A DNA stretch of 32,000 bases, taken from NCBI GenBank assembly GCA_003144275.1, contig NJBF01000001.1, forward strand, positions 150,001 through 182,000, in the 5' to 3' direction. Positions 1 through 9,089 of this stretch are shown in pieces. This DNA comes from Candidatus Heimdallarchaeota archaeon B3_Heim (GTDB taxonomy: Archaea; Asgardarchaeota; Heimdallarchaeia; Hodarchaeales; Hodarchaeaceae). The position numbers and the translations under genes are program-made. Below the pieces are notes generated by a model. The model saw only the letters and a program-made list of their open reading frames with translations. It had not been told where the DNA came from and searched no databases. Every line of letters begins with the position of its first letter. The first letter of the stretch is position 1.

Positions 1-1086
1 TTTACGGGTCCATTATCAAAGGGATGTCGACAGTGCATTTCGGGAGAAAAATTAGTAGTCCTAGTCAGTACAGAATGTTCTAGTAACTGTTTTTATTGCC
101 CCTTAAGCAATGAAAGAAAAGAAGCAAATACCTCGTTTGCCAATGAACGCCCCTTTACCAATGTTGCAGATCTCCTTGTTGAAGCACTAAATATGAAAGC
201 TAAAGGAGCAAGTATGACGGGAGGTGACCCTCTTGAAGTGCATTCTTTTAATAAAACACTTTCTTACTGCAAGGCTTTAAAAGAGCAATTTTCGAGTGAT
301 TTTCATATTCATGCATACACAAGAGGGAAGGATTTGAATAAGGAGTTATTAACAAGAATAACACCATTTCTTGATGAGATCCGTTTTCATGCTATTAATT
401 TCAAAAAAGATTTTCCCATTATTCAATTAACGACTGAATTTGATATTGATGTCGGGATTGAGATTCCTGTGATTCCAACGAAAGGAATCAACCATTATAA
501 GAAATTAATTCAGGAATTCGAGTCATTTATCCCTCAAAAAGATCATTTTTACTTTATTAATCTGAATGAACTGGAAATAAGTGAAACAAATTACCGTAAT
601 ATTCTTTCTCATAAATTAGAAATTGATAATATCAATTTATCAGCTGTTAAAGATAGTTCTAATCTTGCAATTAAGATAGTGGAATGGGCTACCCAAAATA
701 CAGGTATACCAGTCCATTATTGTGCTCTTGCAACGAAAGATAATGTGCAACTTCCAAACAGATTATTTCGAATAGCTATGAATACCAAACTTCCCTCAGA
801 CGTTGTTGTGGAGGAAGGTACAGATAGAGGTCTGCTCATAAGAGGAGTTATAAAAGGGTCAGGCTATGATCTGGAAGAAGTAAAACAGTTTCTCGTATTT
901 GAAGCTGATGTACCTGCATATTTAGTCCATATTGATTATCAAAACAATAGACTCCTTACCAATGCAGCATTATTAGAAGAAATCAGTGAAGATGTTATCG
1001 CAAAATTCCCAAAAATGCAATTAGGTATGGCAGAAGAATACCCTTCCTATGACAATTTACAAACAACTTTTATTCCTTTTATTTGA
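1..1086 (+). CDS. Radical SAM protein (COG2108-like), 5'-truncated by the window edge
   Basis: Frame 1 is open from base 1: FTGPLSKGCRQCISGEKLVVLVSTECSSNCFYCPLS, joining the tracked ORF at 193. The CxxxCxxC motif (CSSNCFYC) lies upstream of the tracked start, followed by TGGDP. The real start is before the window. Confidence 0.88.
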   Translation, partial: FTGPLSKGCRQCISGEKLVVLVSTECSSNCFYCPLSNERKEANTSFANERPFTNVADLLVEALNMKAKGASMTGGDPLEVHSFNKTLSYCKALKEQFSSDFHIHAYTRGKDLNKELLTRITPFLDEIRFHAINFKKDFPIIQLTTEFDIDVGIEIPVIPTKGINHYKKLIQEFESFIPQKDHFYFINLNELEISETNYRNILSHKLEIDNINLSAVKDSSNLAIKIVEWATQNTGIPVHYCALATKDNVQLPNRLFRIAMNTKLPSDVVVEEGTDRGLLIRGVIKGSGYDLEEVKQFLVFEADVPAYLVHIDYQNNRLLTNAALLEEISEDVIAKFPKMQLGMAEEYPSYDNLQTTFIPFI

Positions 1087-1114
1087 TCCAAAGTATAGAG
1101 AATTGGAGACAATA

Positions 1115-1792
1115 ATGATGGATTTTCCGGAACCTAGAGTTTTACAAACCCCTCCATACGTCCAACTCGCCATTGATATCCCCTTGATTTCGAGCGTAAG
1201 AAATCTATTCGATCAAATTGCTGAAATAGCGACTTCTCGTCTCTTAATAGAAATTGGTACTCCATTTTTGAAAAATGAAGGCCTACGTTCTGTGGTACCA
1301 TTTTGCAGGGAATATTTTCCTTCTAATTATCTCATTGCAGATCTAAAAACATTGGATGTAGGAAAATTAGAGGTAAATTTAGGTTCTAAGATGGGTGTGA
1401 ATGCGTGCGTAGTCTCGGGCCTTGCTCCGATTGCTACGATAAACAATTTTATAGACGAATGTAGAAATTCAAAAGTTGATAGCTGGGTAGATACATTAGG
1501 TATATCATTTAATGATTTTAGAACAAAAGTAAAGTCATTAAAATCTTTTCCTGATGTATTGGTTATCCACAGGGGAATCGATGAAGAGAATTCTGGAAAA
1601 AAATATTCTTGGGAAATAATTAAGCTGTATAAGTCTTTAGTACCGAGTTTGATAGCTGTAGCTGGAGGGATAACTTTAAAAAATCTTCAAGAACCCCTGA
1701 AAAATGGTTCTGATATAATAATTGTTGGTAGAGCCATTTATCAAGCAAAAGATCCAACGGTTCAGCTAAAAAAGTTCCTCTCTGCACTTTGA
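1115..1792 (+). CDS. hps: 3-hexulose-6-phosphate synthase (HPS/OMPDC-family TIM barrel)
   Basis: Motifs LAIDIP, IEIGTP, IADLKTLD, HRGIDEE, VAGGI, IVGRAI. ATG at 1115 with GGAG at 1105-1108 is preferred over the tracked start at 1049. Convergent with a PHI gene. Confidence 0.82.
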   Translation: MMDFPEPRVLQTPPYVQLAIDIPLISSVRNLFDQIAEIATSRLLIEIGTPFLKNEGLRSVVPFCREYFPSNYLIADLKTLDVGKLEVNLGSKMGVNACVVSGLAPIATINNFIDECRNSKVDSWVDTLGISFNDFRTKVKSLKSFPDVLVIHRGIDEENSGKKYSWEIIKLYKSLVPSLIAVAGGITLKNLQEPLKNGSDIIIVGRAIYQAKDPTVQLKKFLSAL

Positions 1793-1822
1793 GACGGAAA
1801 AAAGGAACACTATTGTTATTGG

Positions 1823-2980
1823 TCATTCTATATTTGCGTGTTCAGCTCTCATGGATTCTTCTGTAATACCTAAATTGTAAGCTATTTGAGCTACACATGA
1901 ATCTAAAGTAATCGCTGCTGCATATTCGAACGCGGGGATAAAAAAGTTCAAATCTGAAATTTGACGTAATTCCACACTTACTTCCTCATGCCTTCCCTCA
2001 ATTTCCAGTAATATATCGCTTTTTTTTGCTAAGGTTGACTCTGGAAAAGACGTTAATCCGAGAATTTTCATTTTAGACAGTTTAGCACTTTTGACTCGCT
2101 CTAATGTTCTACTAGAAACGCCTGAACCTGAGATACTTATTAATAAATCACCTTTGTTTCTAAATCGCCAATCATATGCCGATTTGACGTGTATTCCCAG
2201 GTGACTCAGCCGTATAGAAGAAATACTGGCAATAACAGAATCTAAGCCACTACCAAATATGAAGAGATTATTTTCAGGACGGAGCGAGTAAGGCTCGATC
2301 GTATTAATAAAATGTTGAAGAGGGGTTTCATTCTTCCTTATATTATGTAAAGTTGAATCTACGGCTGTTAAAACTTTATTTATGCCTTCATTAAATCCCT
2401 TTACAGTAGAATCTTCTATTAGTCCAGATATTACTCCAAAACCAATCATCATTGTTGTCATTTCGAATAAAGTACCTAAAGGTGTCAAAGGTGCACCAGA
2501 AGTAATTTTTCCAGTCGATTCAGCTCTCAAAGAACCTGTTTTTACATAACCACGAGGAATTATCATTATTGAATCTGCCAATCGCGCAGCCAGAGATTTG
2601 CCATCACCTGTAAACGCTAAAATCTTTGCTTTCCTAAGGATTGCATTCTGTATTGCCTTTGTAGTGAAATTGGTCCATCCTGAGCCAGTAACACCAATTA
2701 CTACATCATTTGCTCTAACTGGTTTAGCTAAACTCTTTCCTAGATATGAAACCTCATAACCGATATTCTTTAACATCTCTCCAAAGAGCATTCCAACTTT
2801 TCCTGACCTCCCCATTCCGACAAGATGAATTCTATTTTCCCTTGCGCTCTGAATTATATTACAAAATTTGACTAAATGTGAGGGATCTTCATTTATTGAG
2901 TTTACTGCTTTTTTTCCAGTTTTCACTAGGAGTTCAAAAGCTGAATAAAAAGAATCAAGATTTTTTGTTTGAGCACTCAT
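1823..2980 (-). CDS. phi: 6-phospho-3-hexuloisomerase, two tandem SIS domains
   Basis: N-domain has IHLVGMGRSG, TGSG, LFE; C-domain has LFIFGSG, ISGSG, AFE and the PHI-type terminus HANIE. At 385 aa it is about twice a typical PHI. Confidence 0.82.
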   Translation of the reverse strand: MSAQTKNLDSFYSAFELLVKTGKKAVNSINEDPSHLVKFCNIIQSARENRIHLVGMGRSGKVGMLFGEMLKNIGYEVSYLGKSLAKPVRANDVVIGVTGSGWTNFTTKAIQNAILRKAKILAFTGDGKSLAARLADSIMIIPRGYVKTGSLRAESTGKITSGAPLTPLGTLFEMTTMMIGFGVISGLIEDSTVKGFNEGINKVLTAVDSTLHNIRKNETPLQHFINTIEPYSLRPENNLFIFGSGLDSVIASISSIRLSHLGIHVKSAYDWRFRNKGDLLISISGSGVSSRTLERVKSAKLSKMKILGLTSFPESTLAKKSDILLEIEGRHEEVSVELRQISDLNFFIPAFEYAAAITLDSCVAQIAYNLGITEESMRAEHANIE

Positions 2981-3218
2981 CTAGGGGAGCTCCAAAGAGA
3001 CGAGAAAGTATAAGGGAAGGAGATTCCTTCTGGGACAATAAGTCCTAAAAAAAATGTATCCTAATAGATTTTTGCACACTTGATCTAGAAATCAACCAAA
3101 GGAAATAAATTGATTAAAAACTTAAATAAATTCCGTAAAAACTCCATCCAAGCCATCCCTTAATATCAAGTTCAAGAATATTACAATTCCAAAAGAAGGT
3201 GGATTTATGGACTTAGCA

Positions 3219-4343
3219 TTATACTTGTCTCCAAGCAATCCCGTTCTTATCTGCATGATGTCTTGCTAATTGCATTTCAGTTGTAGTAACACGTCGATTA
3301 ATGTCTTTATACTCATTTCTATGTACACGGTATTCTGGACGATATTGGTCCATGATATTAACAAAGGCTAATGGTACTTCATCTTTCACCCAATCTAGAA
3401 TGGGGTAGGTATCTTTTTCAATTCGATTGGGCATACAAAGATGACGAATAATGATTTCACCTGATCCTTCAGTATAAGCAAATTTTATATTACGTATAAC
3501 TGTCTCCCAGTAGTTATTAACTCCCGACATTCGTTTTGCGAATGCATTGTCACGAAATTTCAAATCGGGGAGCCAAAAATCCATAATATCGACAAGTAGA
3601 TTCATTGATTCTTGAGTTAGATACATATTTGAGTTCCAAAGCTGAACAATATTATTATCTAGCGTTTGGAGAGACTGTATGATATTGTGCACATTTGGGA
3701 TAGGATCACCTCCAACCCAATTGATGTTTATTGCGCCCTCGGAAATCAACTTTTGCTGAATGGCAACAAGACGGGAGGAATCCACTTCATTTCCCTTAAT
3801 ATTTATATTATCCTTATTCCAATCCTGTGAGATATCATGATTTTGACAAAAAACACATTTAAAGACACATGAGGCAAAAAATATCGTGCCAGAGGGAACT
3901 AATGGTGGTTCCTCACCAACATGCAAAAATGCAGATGATACTACAGATTTTACTCCAAGTTTACATATTCCAGTTTCTCCCGCTTTTCGATTGACGTAAC
4001 ACCTCCGTTCGCAAAAATGACAATTTTCAATAATTTTATCTGCAATTTTTGCTTTTAAGTCCAAAAAACTAATTTCAGGAGATTCTATATCGTTTAATAT
4101 TACATTCCCTTTATCACAATCTTTTACTAACGAATTAAAATCATGACGCACTTCTTTATGTTTTAACCAGATTTTTTCAAAGTTATTTTCTGAATCATCA
4201 AGACCAATAACAGGTGTTTTTTTTGCAATCAAAAATCTGGCTATTTTTTTTCCTTTACAGATAGCCCGGTACCGAGTTAATCTTTCAGAAAGCACAGGAT
4301 CCTGCCATATTGATTCGGATGGCATTCGTAGAATACGAAACAT
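3219..4343 (-). CDS. Radical SAM protein, PflX-like (pyruvate-formate-lyase activating enzyme related)
   Basis: CHFCERRC, GEEPPL, CVFKCVFCQN (CxxxCxxC), VGGDP, WNSNMY, RHLCMP, NIMDQYRP. Confidence 0.85.
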   Translation of the reverse strand: MFRILRMPSESIWQDPVLSERLTRYRAICKGKKIARFLIAKKTPVIGLDDSENNFEKIWLKHKEVRHDFNSLVKDCDKGNVILNDIESPEISFLDLKAKIADKIIENCHFCERRCYVNRKAGETGICKLGVKSVVSSAFLHVGEEPPLVPSGTIFFASCVFKCVFCQNHDISQDWNKDNINIKGNEVDSSRLVAIQQKLISEGAININWVGGDPIPNVHNIIQSLQTLDNNIVQLWNSNMYLTQESMNLLVDIMDFWLPDLKFRDNAFAKRMSGVNNYWETVIRNIKFAYTEGSGEIIIRHLCMPNRIEKDTYPILDWVKDEVPLAFVNIMDQYRPEYRVHRNEYKDINRRVTTTEMQLARHHADKNGIAWRQV

Positions 4344-4616
4344 TTTCTCACCCTTTTCTATATCTTCCTACTCCAATTCGATTTAAGCATCCTCAATCCA
4401 GGAAATAAGATTATATCCACCTAATATATTGACATCCTAGTAATTTGCTAATACTTCACGGATCTTTGAATCACTTATCTTTCAGTGGAGATATTAGTTC
4501 TTCTTTTATGTTTCATTTAGTATTAACCATTTCGTAAAAAACCTTCTAGAGAAAAGGACTTCAAGAGAACATAAAAAAAGCCTTAATAGTCAAGAATTGT
4601 TATCATATTAATTGAG

Positions 4617-4847
4617 GTGCAAATAATCGCAAAATGTCCTGAATGTGGAGGATTAGCAAAATGGAATTCTCCCTTCTATGTTTGTACAGTATGTGGGTTA
4701 GCATTACGTCGTCGTGAATATGAAAGAATGCATGATAAGCAGAAAGAAGTCGTATATGATGCTCAAATCACCGAAAATGAGCAGGATAACAAAAAACGAC
4801 GTAAAGAACGAGATTACTTAGATTGGTTCCTCGGCTCTAAAAAATAA
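4617..4847 (+). CDS. Small zinc-ribbon protein of unknown function
   Basis: CPECG...CTVCG knuckles, a charged helical tail ending DYLDWFLGSKK, GTG start. Confidence 0.72.
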   Translation: MQIIAKCPECGGLAKWNSPFYVCTVCGLALRRREYERMHDKQKEVVYDAQITENEQDNKKRRKERDYLDWFLGSKK

Positions 4848-5027
4848 TTGTTCTTATTTACTCTTTATGAGAATGCTCCCAAATATTATAACACGACTCC
4901 ATATCTAGCAGCTATTTTTGTACAAAAACATAACCAAGCACTGAGGGATTAAAAGGGAGCTAAGGATGTCATCTCACGAGCGTTGATTTTTTATTCTTAA
5001 TTATCTAGACTCTTTCTCTAAGAATAA

Positions 5028-5130
5028 CGGGCCCTGTGAGATTTGAACTCACGACCTCTATTGAGGGATCATATAAGGAAGGATCCTTGCTCCGGAGGCA
5101 AGCGCTCTGTCCATGCTAAGCGAAGGGCCC
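5028..5130 (-). tRNA. tRNA-Arg: tRNA-Arg(CCG) with a 28-nt non-canonical intron (5060-5087; position 41/42, ambiguous up to 43/44)
   Basis: Acceptor GGGCCCT/AGGGCCC, anticodon arm CTTGC-CT CCG GA-GCAAG, T arm GTGAG-TTCAAAT-CTCAC. Removing 28 nt restores GCAAG-AGGTC and a 75-nt tRNA. Confidence 0.93.
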
Positions 5131-5182
5131 TGGTTGCTAATAAAACCTATCCCTTAATCCATTATTCCTTGGATTAAGATAA

Positions 5183-5316
5183 CGGACTCGAGGGGATTTG
5201 AACCCCCGGCCCTCTGCTTTCTCTCTGAGTCGCTATAGCATAATCAATAGGAGGCAGACGCTCTCTACAGAAGATCTGTATATACAGAAACCCTATCCAT
5301 GCTGAGCTACGAGTCC
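5183..5316 (-). tRNA. tRNA-Arg: tRNA-Arg(CCT) with two introns: D-loop 30 nt (5265-5294, ~20/21) and canonical 37/38 29 nt (5219-5247)
   Basis: Acceptor GGACTCG/CGAGTCC, D stem GCTC/GAGC, anticodon stem TCTGC/GCAGA, T arm GGGGG-TTCAAAT-CCCCT. 134 - 59 = 75 nt. Confidence 0.93.
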
Positions 5317-5334
5317 AGATATGGTGATATTAGA

Positions 5335-5442
5335 TGGCGGATCCGAGGGGATTTGAACCCCCGACCTGCGACTTAGAAGGCCGCCGCTCTTTCTAGAAGC
5401 TCTAACCATGCAAAAGCTTTATCCTGGCTAAGCCACGGATCC
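5335..5442 (-). tRNA. tRNA-Arg: tRNA-Arg(TCT) with a 30-nt D-loop intron (5391-5420, ~20/21) and encoded CCA
   Basis: Acceptor GGATCCG/CGGATCC, G73, CCA; anticodon arm GCGGC-CT TCT AA-GTCGC; intron hairpin AAGCTTT/AGAGCTT. Confidence 0.93.
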
Positions 5443-5553
5443 TAATTTATTATAAGAAGTCACGTGTTAGAGGTTTTGAAAAACTTCTCTCTTAATTTCT
5501 AAAATATGAGGTAGGATTTTGTATTCAATTGAATAAAAATATTCAAGAAAACT

Positions 5554-7479
5554 TTAACTTGGATAACCAACGGATTTGATGTATGATCTCATGCCCTGCA
5601 GCTTAGTTGATGGATCAAGTTTCACATCTCGACTCCTAGAGTCCCATCCTACTAGAGCAATAGCTAAGACTTCCTCTAATGTCTCTACAGGATGAATTTT
5701 TATAGCATCCTTAATCTTGTCTTCTAGAACTACATCTTCAAGATTTGATTTCGGTATAATGACTTCCTTGACACCCGCTTCATACGCGCCTTCAATCTTT
5801 GCAGTAGCTCCTCCGATTGGTAATACAGTACCTCTTACAGAGAATGAGCCAGTCATAGCAAGATCTTGTCGAACAGGTAGACCCTCTAAGTCGCTCATAA
5901 TCGCAGTAGCAATTGTTATACTGGCACTATCTCCATCTATCCCATGAACTCCTAAAAATTGTATATGAAAATCTAGATCTCTAATATCCGTACCAGCATA
6001 TTTTTTGAACCATGCAGATACATTTTGCACTGATTCACGAGCAATCACACGTAAACTCCCCGTTGCTATTACTCTCCCACCTGTTCCCTGAGCAGGAGTC
6101 ACAGTTGCCTCAATAGGGGTAATATGTCCACCACGGGCAGCACCAGAGTCACCAGCCATAACAGCAAGACCGTTAACACGACCAATGATGGTTCCAACCG
6201 TTTCAAATATTTTATATTCTTTCTTAATCTCTATTTGCTTGTCTGCAATTTGATTTTCAAGTGATCGTGCGAGAGGTCGTGATGCAAACACATGTCGGGC
6301 TTCTACAAACGGAACTCCTTCTTCTCTTGCTAAGTCTCCTGCGGCTCTTATCATACCACCCAAATCACGAAGTCGTAAAGTTAAGTGGTGTTTTCTGTCA
6401 GCTCGTTTCTTAGCTTCCAATATAATTGCAAGAACTGCAGCTCGTGAGAAGTGAGGGATCTTACCATCATTAGTTATTTCTTGGGCAACAAATCGAACAA
6501 GTTTCCGTCGATTTTCCATGGTATCTTTCATAACATGATTTACAGCGATTTCATATCCATATCCACGAATTCTAGATCGCAAGGCAGGATGCATCCGTCT
6601 AACTGTATCAATATTGCCTGAAGCGACTAAAACAAAATCACAGGGAACAGCTTCTGTTCTTACCATTGCACCACTGGATAGCTCTGATCGGCCTGTAATG
6701 GAAAGTTGCCTGTCTTGCATTGCAGTTAATAATTGTTGCTGTGTTTTTTGGTTCAATGTTGCTACTTCATCAATATACAGGACACCTTTGTGAGATTTAT
6801 GAATTAGGCCACCCTCAACACGGTCATGCGCAGGAGTTCCTAATCCGCCAGATTGGAAAGGGTCATGTCGAACGTCTCCTAAGAGAGCTCCTGCATGTGC
6901 TCCTGTGGCATCATTAAACGGTGCACTGTTACTTTCGGAATTATCTACAAGTAGTTTTGGTACAAGACTTTCTTTTCTTGATCTGAACTGGCCAATAACG
7001 AAAAAGGCAACGAGAGCAACAAGAATAGCAAAGAGTAGAGGATTACCTTCTGGATTAGTTACCTGTAGAGCTAAGCCGATAAGAATAACAAGCGCAGGAA
7101 TACCTAACAATAACATACTTCTTTGTTGATCGGTCTTTCTGGCTAATTGCTTATAGTGATCGACAATTTTTCTTCCTTCCACTGCAGGAACTGTCATGAT
7201 TCTCGGTGTGTGGGAGTCATTTTGGTTGGGTAAGCACAATATATCTTCTAATTCTTCACGTGGAAGTAACTCAGCCAGAGCTTGCCCTAACATGGATTTT
7301 CCTGTACCAGGATCACCAATTAATAAGACGTTTCTTCTCTGAATCGCGGCTTTTTTAATAATTGCAACTGATGGTTCTTGACCGATAACCCGGTCGACTA
7401 ATCTAGAGGGAATAGGAATATCTTGTGTAGTTTCAAATTCCATGTCAACATCAATCGATTCACTCTTGACCTGTGCCAT
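5554..7479 (-). CDS. lonB: Archaeal membrane-anchored ATP-dependent protease LonB
   Basis: Walker A GDPGTGKS, two hydrophobic TM segments inserted in the AAA domain, Walker B YIDE, protease motifs DGDSAS and GGATAK (Ser-Lys dyad). ATG at 7479 is preferred over TTG at 7491. Confidence 0.95.
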   Translation of the reverse strand: MAQVKSESIDVDMEFETTQDIPIPSRLVDRVIGQEPSVAIIKKAAIQRRNVLLIGDPGTGKSMLGQALAELLPREELEDILCLPNQNDSHTPRIMTVPAVEGRKIVDHYKQLARKTDQQRSMLLLGIPALVILIGLALQVTNPEGNPLLFAILVALVAFFVIGQFRSRKESLVPKLLVDNSESNSAPFNDATGAHAGALLGDVRHDPFQSGGLGTPAHDRVEGGLIHKSHKGVLYIDEVATLNQKTQQQLLTAMQDRQLSITGRSELSSGAMVRTEAVPCDFVLVASGNIDTVRRMHPALRSRIRGYGYEIAVNHVMKDTMENRRKLVRFVAQEITNDGKIPHFSRAAVLAIILEAKKRADRKHHLTLRLRDLGGMIRAAGDLAREEGVPFVEARHVFASRPLARSLENQIADKQIEIKKEYKIFETVGTIIGRVNGLAVMAGDSGAARGGHITPIEATVTPAQGTGGRVIATGSLRVIARESVQNVSAWFKKYAGTDIRDLDFHIQFLGVHGIDGDSASITIATAIMSDLEGLPVRQDLAMTGSFSVRGTVLPIGGATAKIEGAYEAGVKEVIIPKSNLEDVVLEDKIKDAIKIHPVETLEEVLAIALVGWDSRSRDVKLDPSTKLQGMRSYIKSVGYPS

Positions 7480-7908
7480 AATTTCATTCAACTTCTTAGG
7501 AAGCTGGACTTGACAGATGCATTTGCTAGCTCGTTCATAAAGTGATTAGAATAAGCTAAATGCTATTAATGGATTGAGAAAACATCTGTTCTTTCATGTC
7601 TCCTTATGTCACACTTCCATCGAATTCTTTTAAATGACTAGGTTTCATGAAGTCGAACTAAGTGGGGAAAAATCAAACGCAGGAATATTAACATTATTCA
7701 CGTTTATTGCCGAATCATTCGAGTTTCTAATGTTTAACTTAATCCGATTGTTATTAATCTTTAAGATTTCCCCTTCAATATGAAAACTCCCGTGGAAACG
7801 CTAAATCAATACGCTTTGTGAGATCATATTAAGTTATCTGTCACAATCAAGTCTTAATATCTGGATAAACAAAAAAATTATTATGGTGGAGATATTCATC
7901 ACAATTTA

Positions 7909-9027
7909 TTACCGTAAAGAGAATACTAAAATTTTTCTGGTTAATGACCGGTGAACATATTGGTAAAATTTTCTATATGACGCATTGAGAATGGTAGCAG
8001 CCTCTTCTTCAAGATTAACTGTAGAAGGAATAGAAATGACCAGACGACTATTGGGGGAGAGAATTGACTTTATTTCTATGAAAAATTGTATAAGAAGATC
8101 ATTCAGGTCGTAACCTTGAGTGGATGCAGCCGTTCCATAAGGTGGATCCGTAATAACGGCTGATATTGCACCAAAACGAAAGCCTAAATGTTTAGCATCC
8201 CCAAAAATTAAATTTGTTAGAGGAAAGGTGATTTTATCCGATGTTAAGTTTCTAAATGCTCCCCATACAATTTTACGGTCAATTTCAATTCCCACACTTC
8301 TAAAACCCATTCTAGAGGCTTCCAGCAAAGCTCCCCCTGTTCCACAAAATGGATCCAATAGCCATTGACCCTCTTTAATTGCTGTAAGATTGACTAAAGT
8401 CCTTTGTAAAATTGGATTCATTGAACTTGGGTGAAAAAAGGGACGATCCCTTACAGTACGTTTTCTGACTGCTTGTCGCAAAGATTCACAAATGTGTAAA
8501 CCAAACCATAACCCGTGCTTACTTACAATAACTCGATAAATTTCTTTAGGTTGTTCTAAATCAACTTTTTTGTTAGGAAATCGCTTTAGAATTGCCGCTC
8601 CAAAATAATTTGTTATTTCTTGGGTAATCTGGGGTTTTGTTAATATTCCAACTGGATTTCTTATTCGCCGTGTTCTTACACAGAAAGTGGTTGTTGGTTC
8701 CAAGTCTAATAAATTATTAGTGTCAAAGGATTGTACTAATTCATTAAATTCATTAGTAGAACTACTCTTGTATTCAACCTGAAAAAGCAATTTACAGCAA
8801 CAGTGAACCATTGTGGCTCTTTGTATCAACTTTTGAAGGATAGATCGTTCATCATTTTGTAATAATGTCTCTTTTAACTTAATATTAACAATTCGTGAGT
8901 CAAATATGCGTACTAATTGGACCAGATCATCCATGGATGAGATAATGCTTTCCAGCTCATAAAGAGCGAGTTCGGGATTCTCTCCTGATAAAAGACAGAA
9001 ATACTCAGAAATGTCGCTTGAATTCAT
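7909..9027 (-). CDS. trm11: tRNA (guanine-10-N2) methyltransferase, THUMP plus MTase (Trm11/TrmG10)
   Basis: LSGENPELA N-terminus, THUMP-like VDLEQP, RPFFHPSS, LDPFCGTGG, ITDPPYG. Confidence 0.9.
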   Translation of the reverse strand: MNSSDISEYFCLLSGENPELALYELESIISSMDDLVQLVRIFDSRIVNIKLKETLLQNDERSILQKLIQRATMVHCCCKLLFQVEYKSSSTNEFNELVQSFDTNNLLDLEPTTTFCVRTRRIRNPVGILTKPQITQEITNYFGAAILKRFPNKKVDLEQPKEIYRVIVSKHGLWFGLHICESLRQAVRKRTVRDRPFFHPSSMNPILQRTLVNLTAIKEGQWLLDPFCGTGGALLEASRMGFRSVGIEIDRKIVWGAFRNLTSDKITFPLTNLIFGDAKHLGFRFGAISAVITDPPYGTAASTQGYDLNDLLIQFFIEIKSILSPNSRLVISIPSTVNLEEEAATILNASYRKFYQYVHRSLTRKILVFSLR

Positions 9028-9089
9028 AACCAGCTATCCATCATAGTTATAATAACTTATGCAAAGATAAAGTTGTCATGTATGATATT

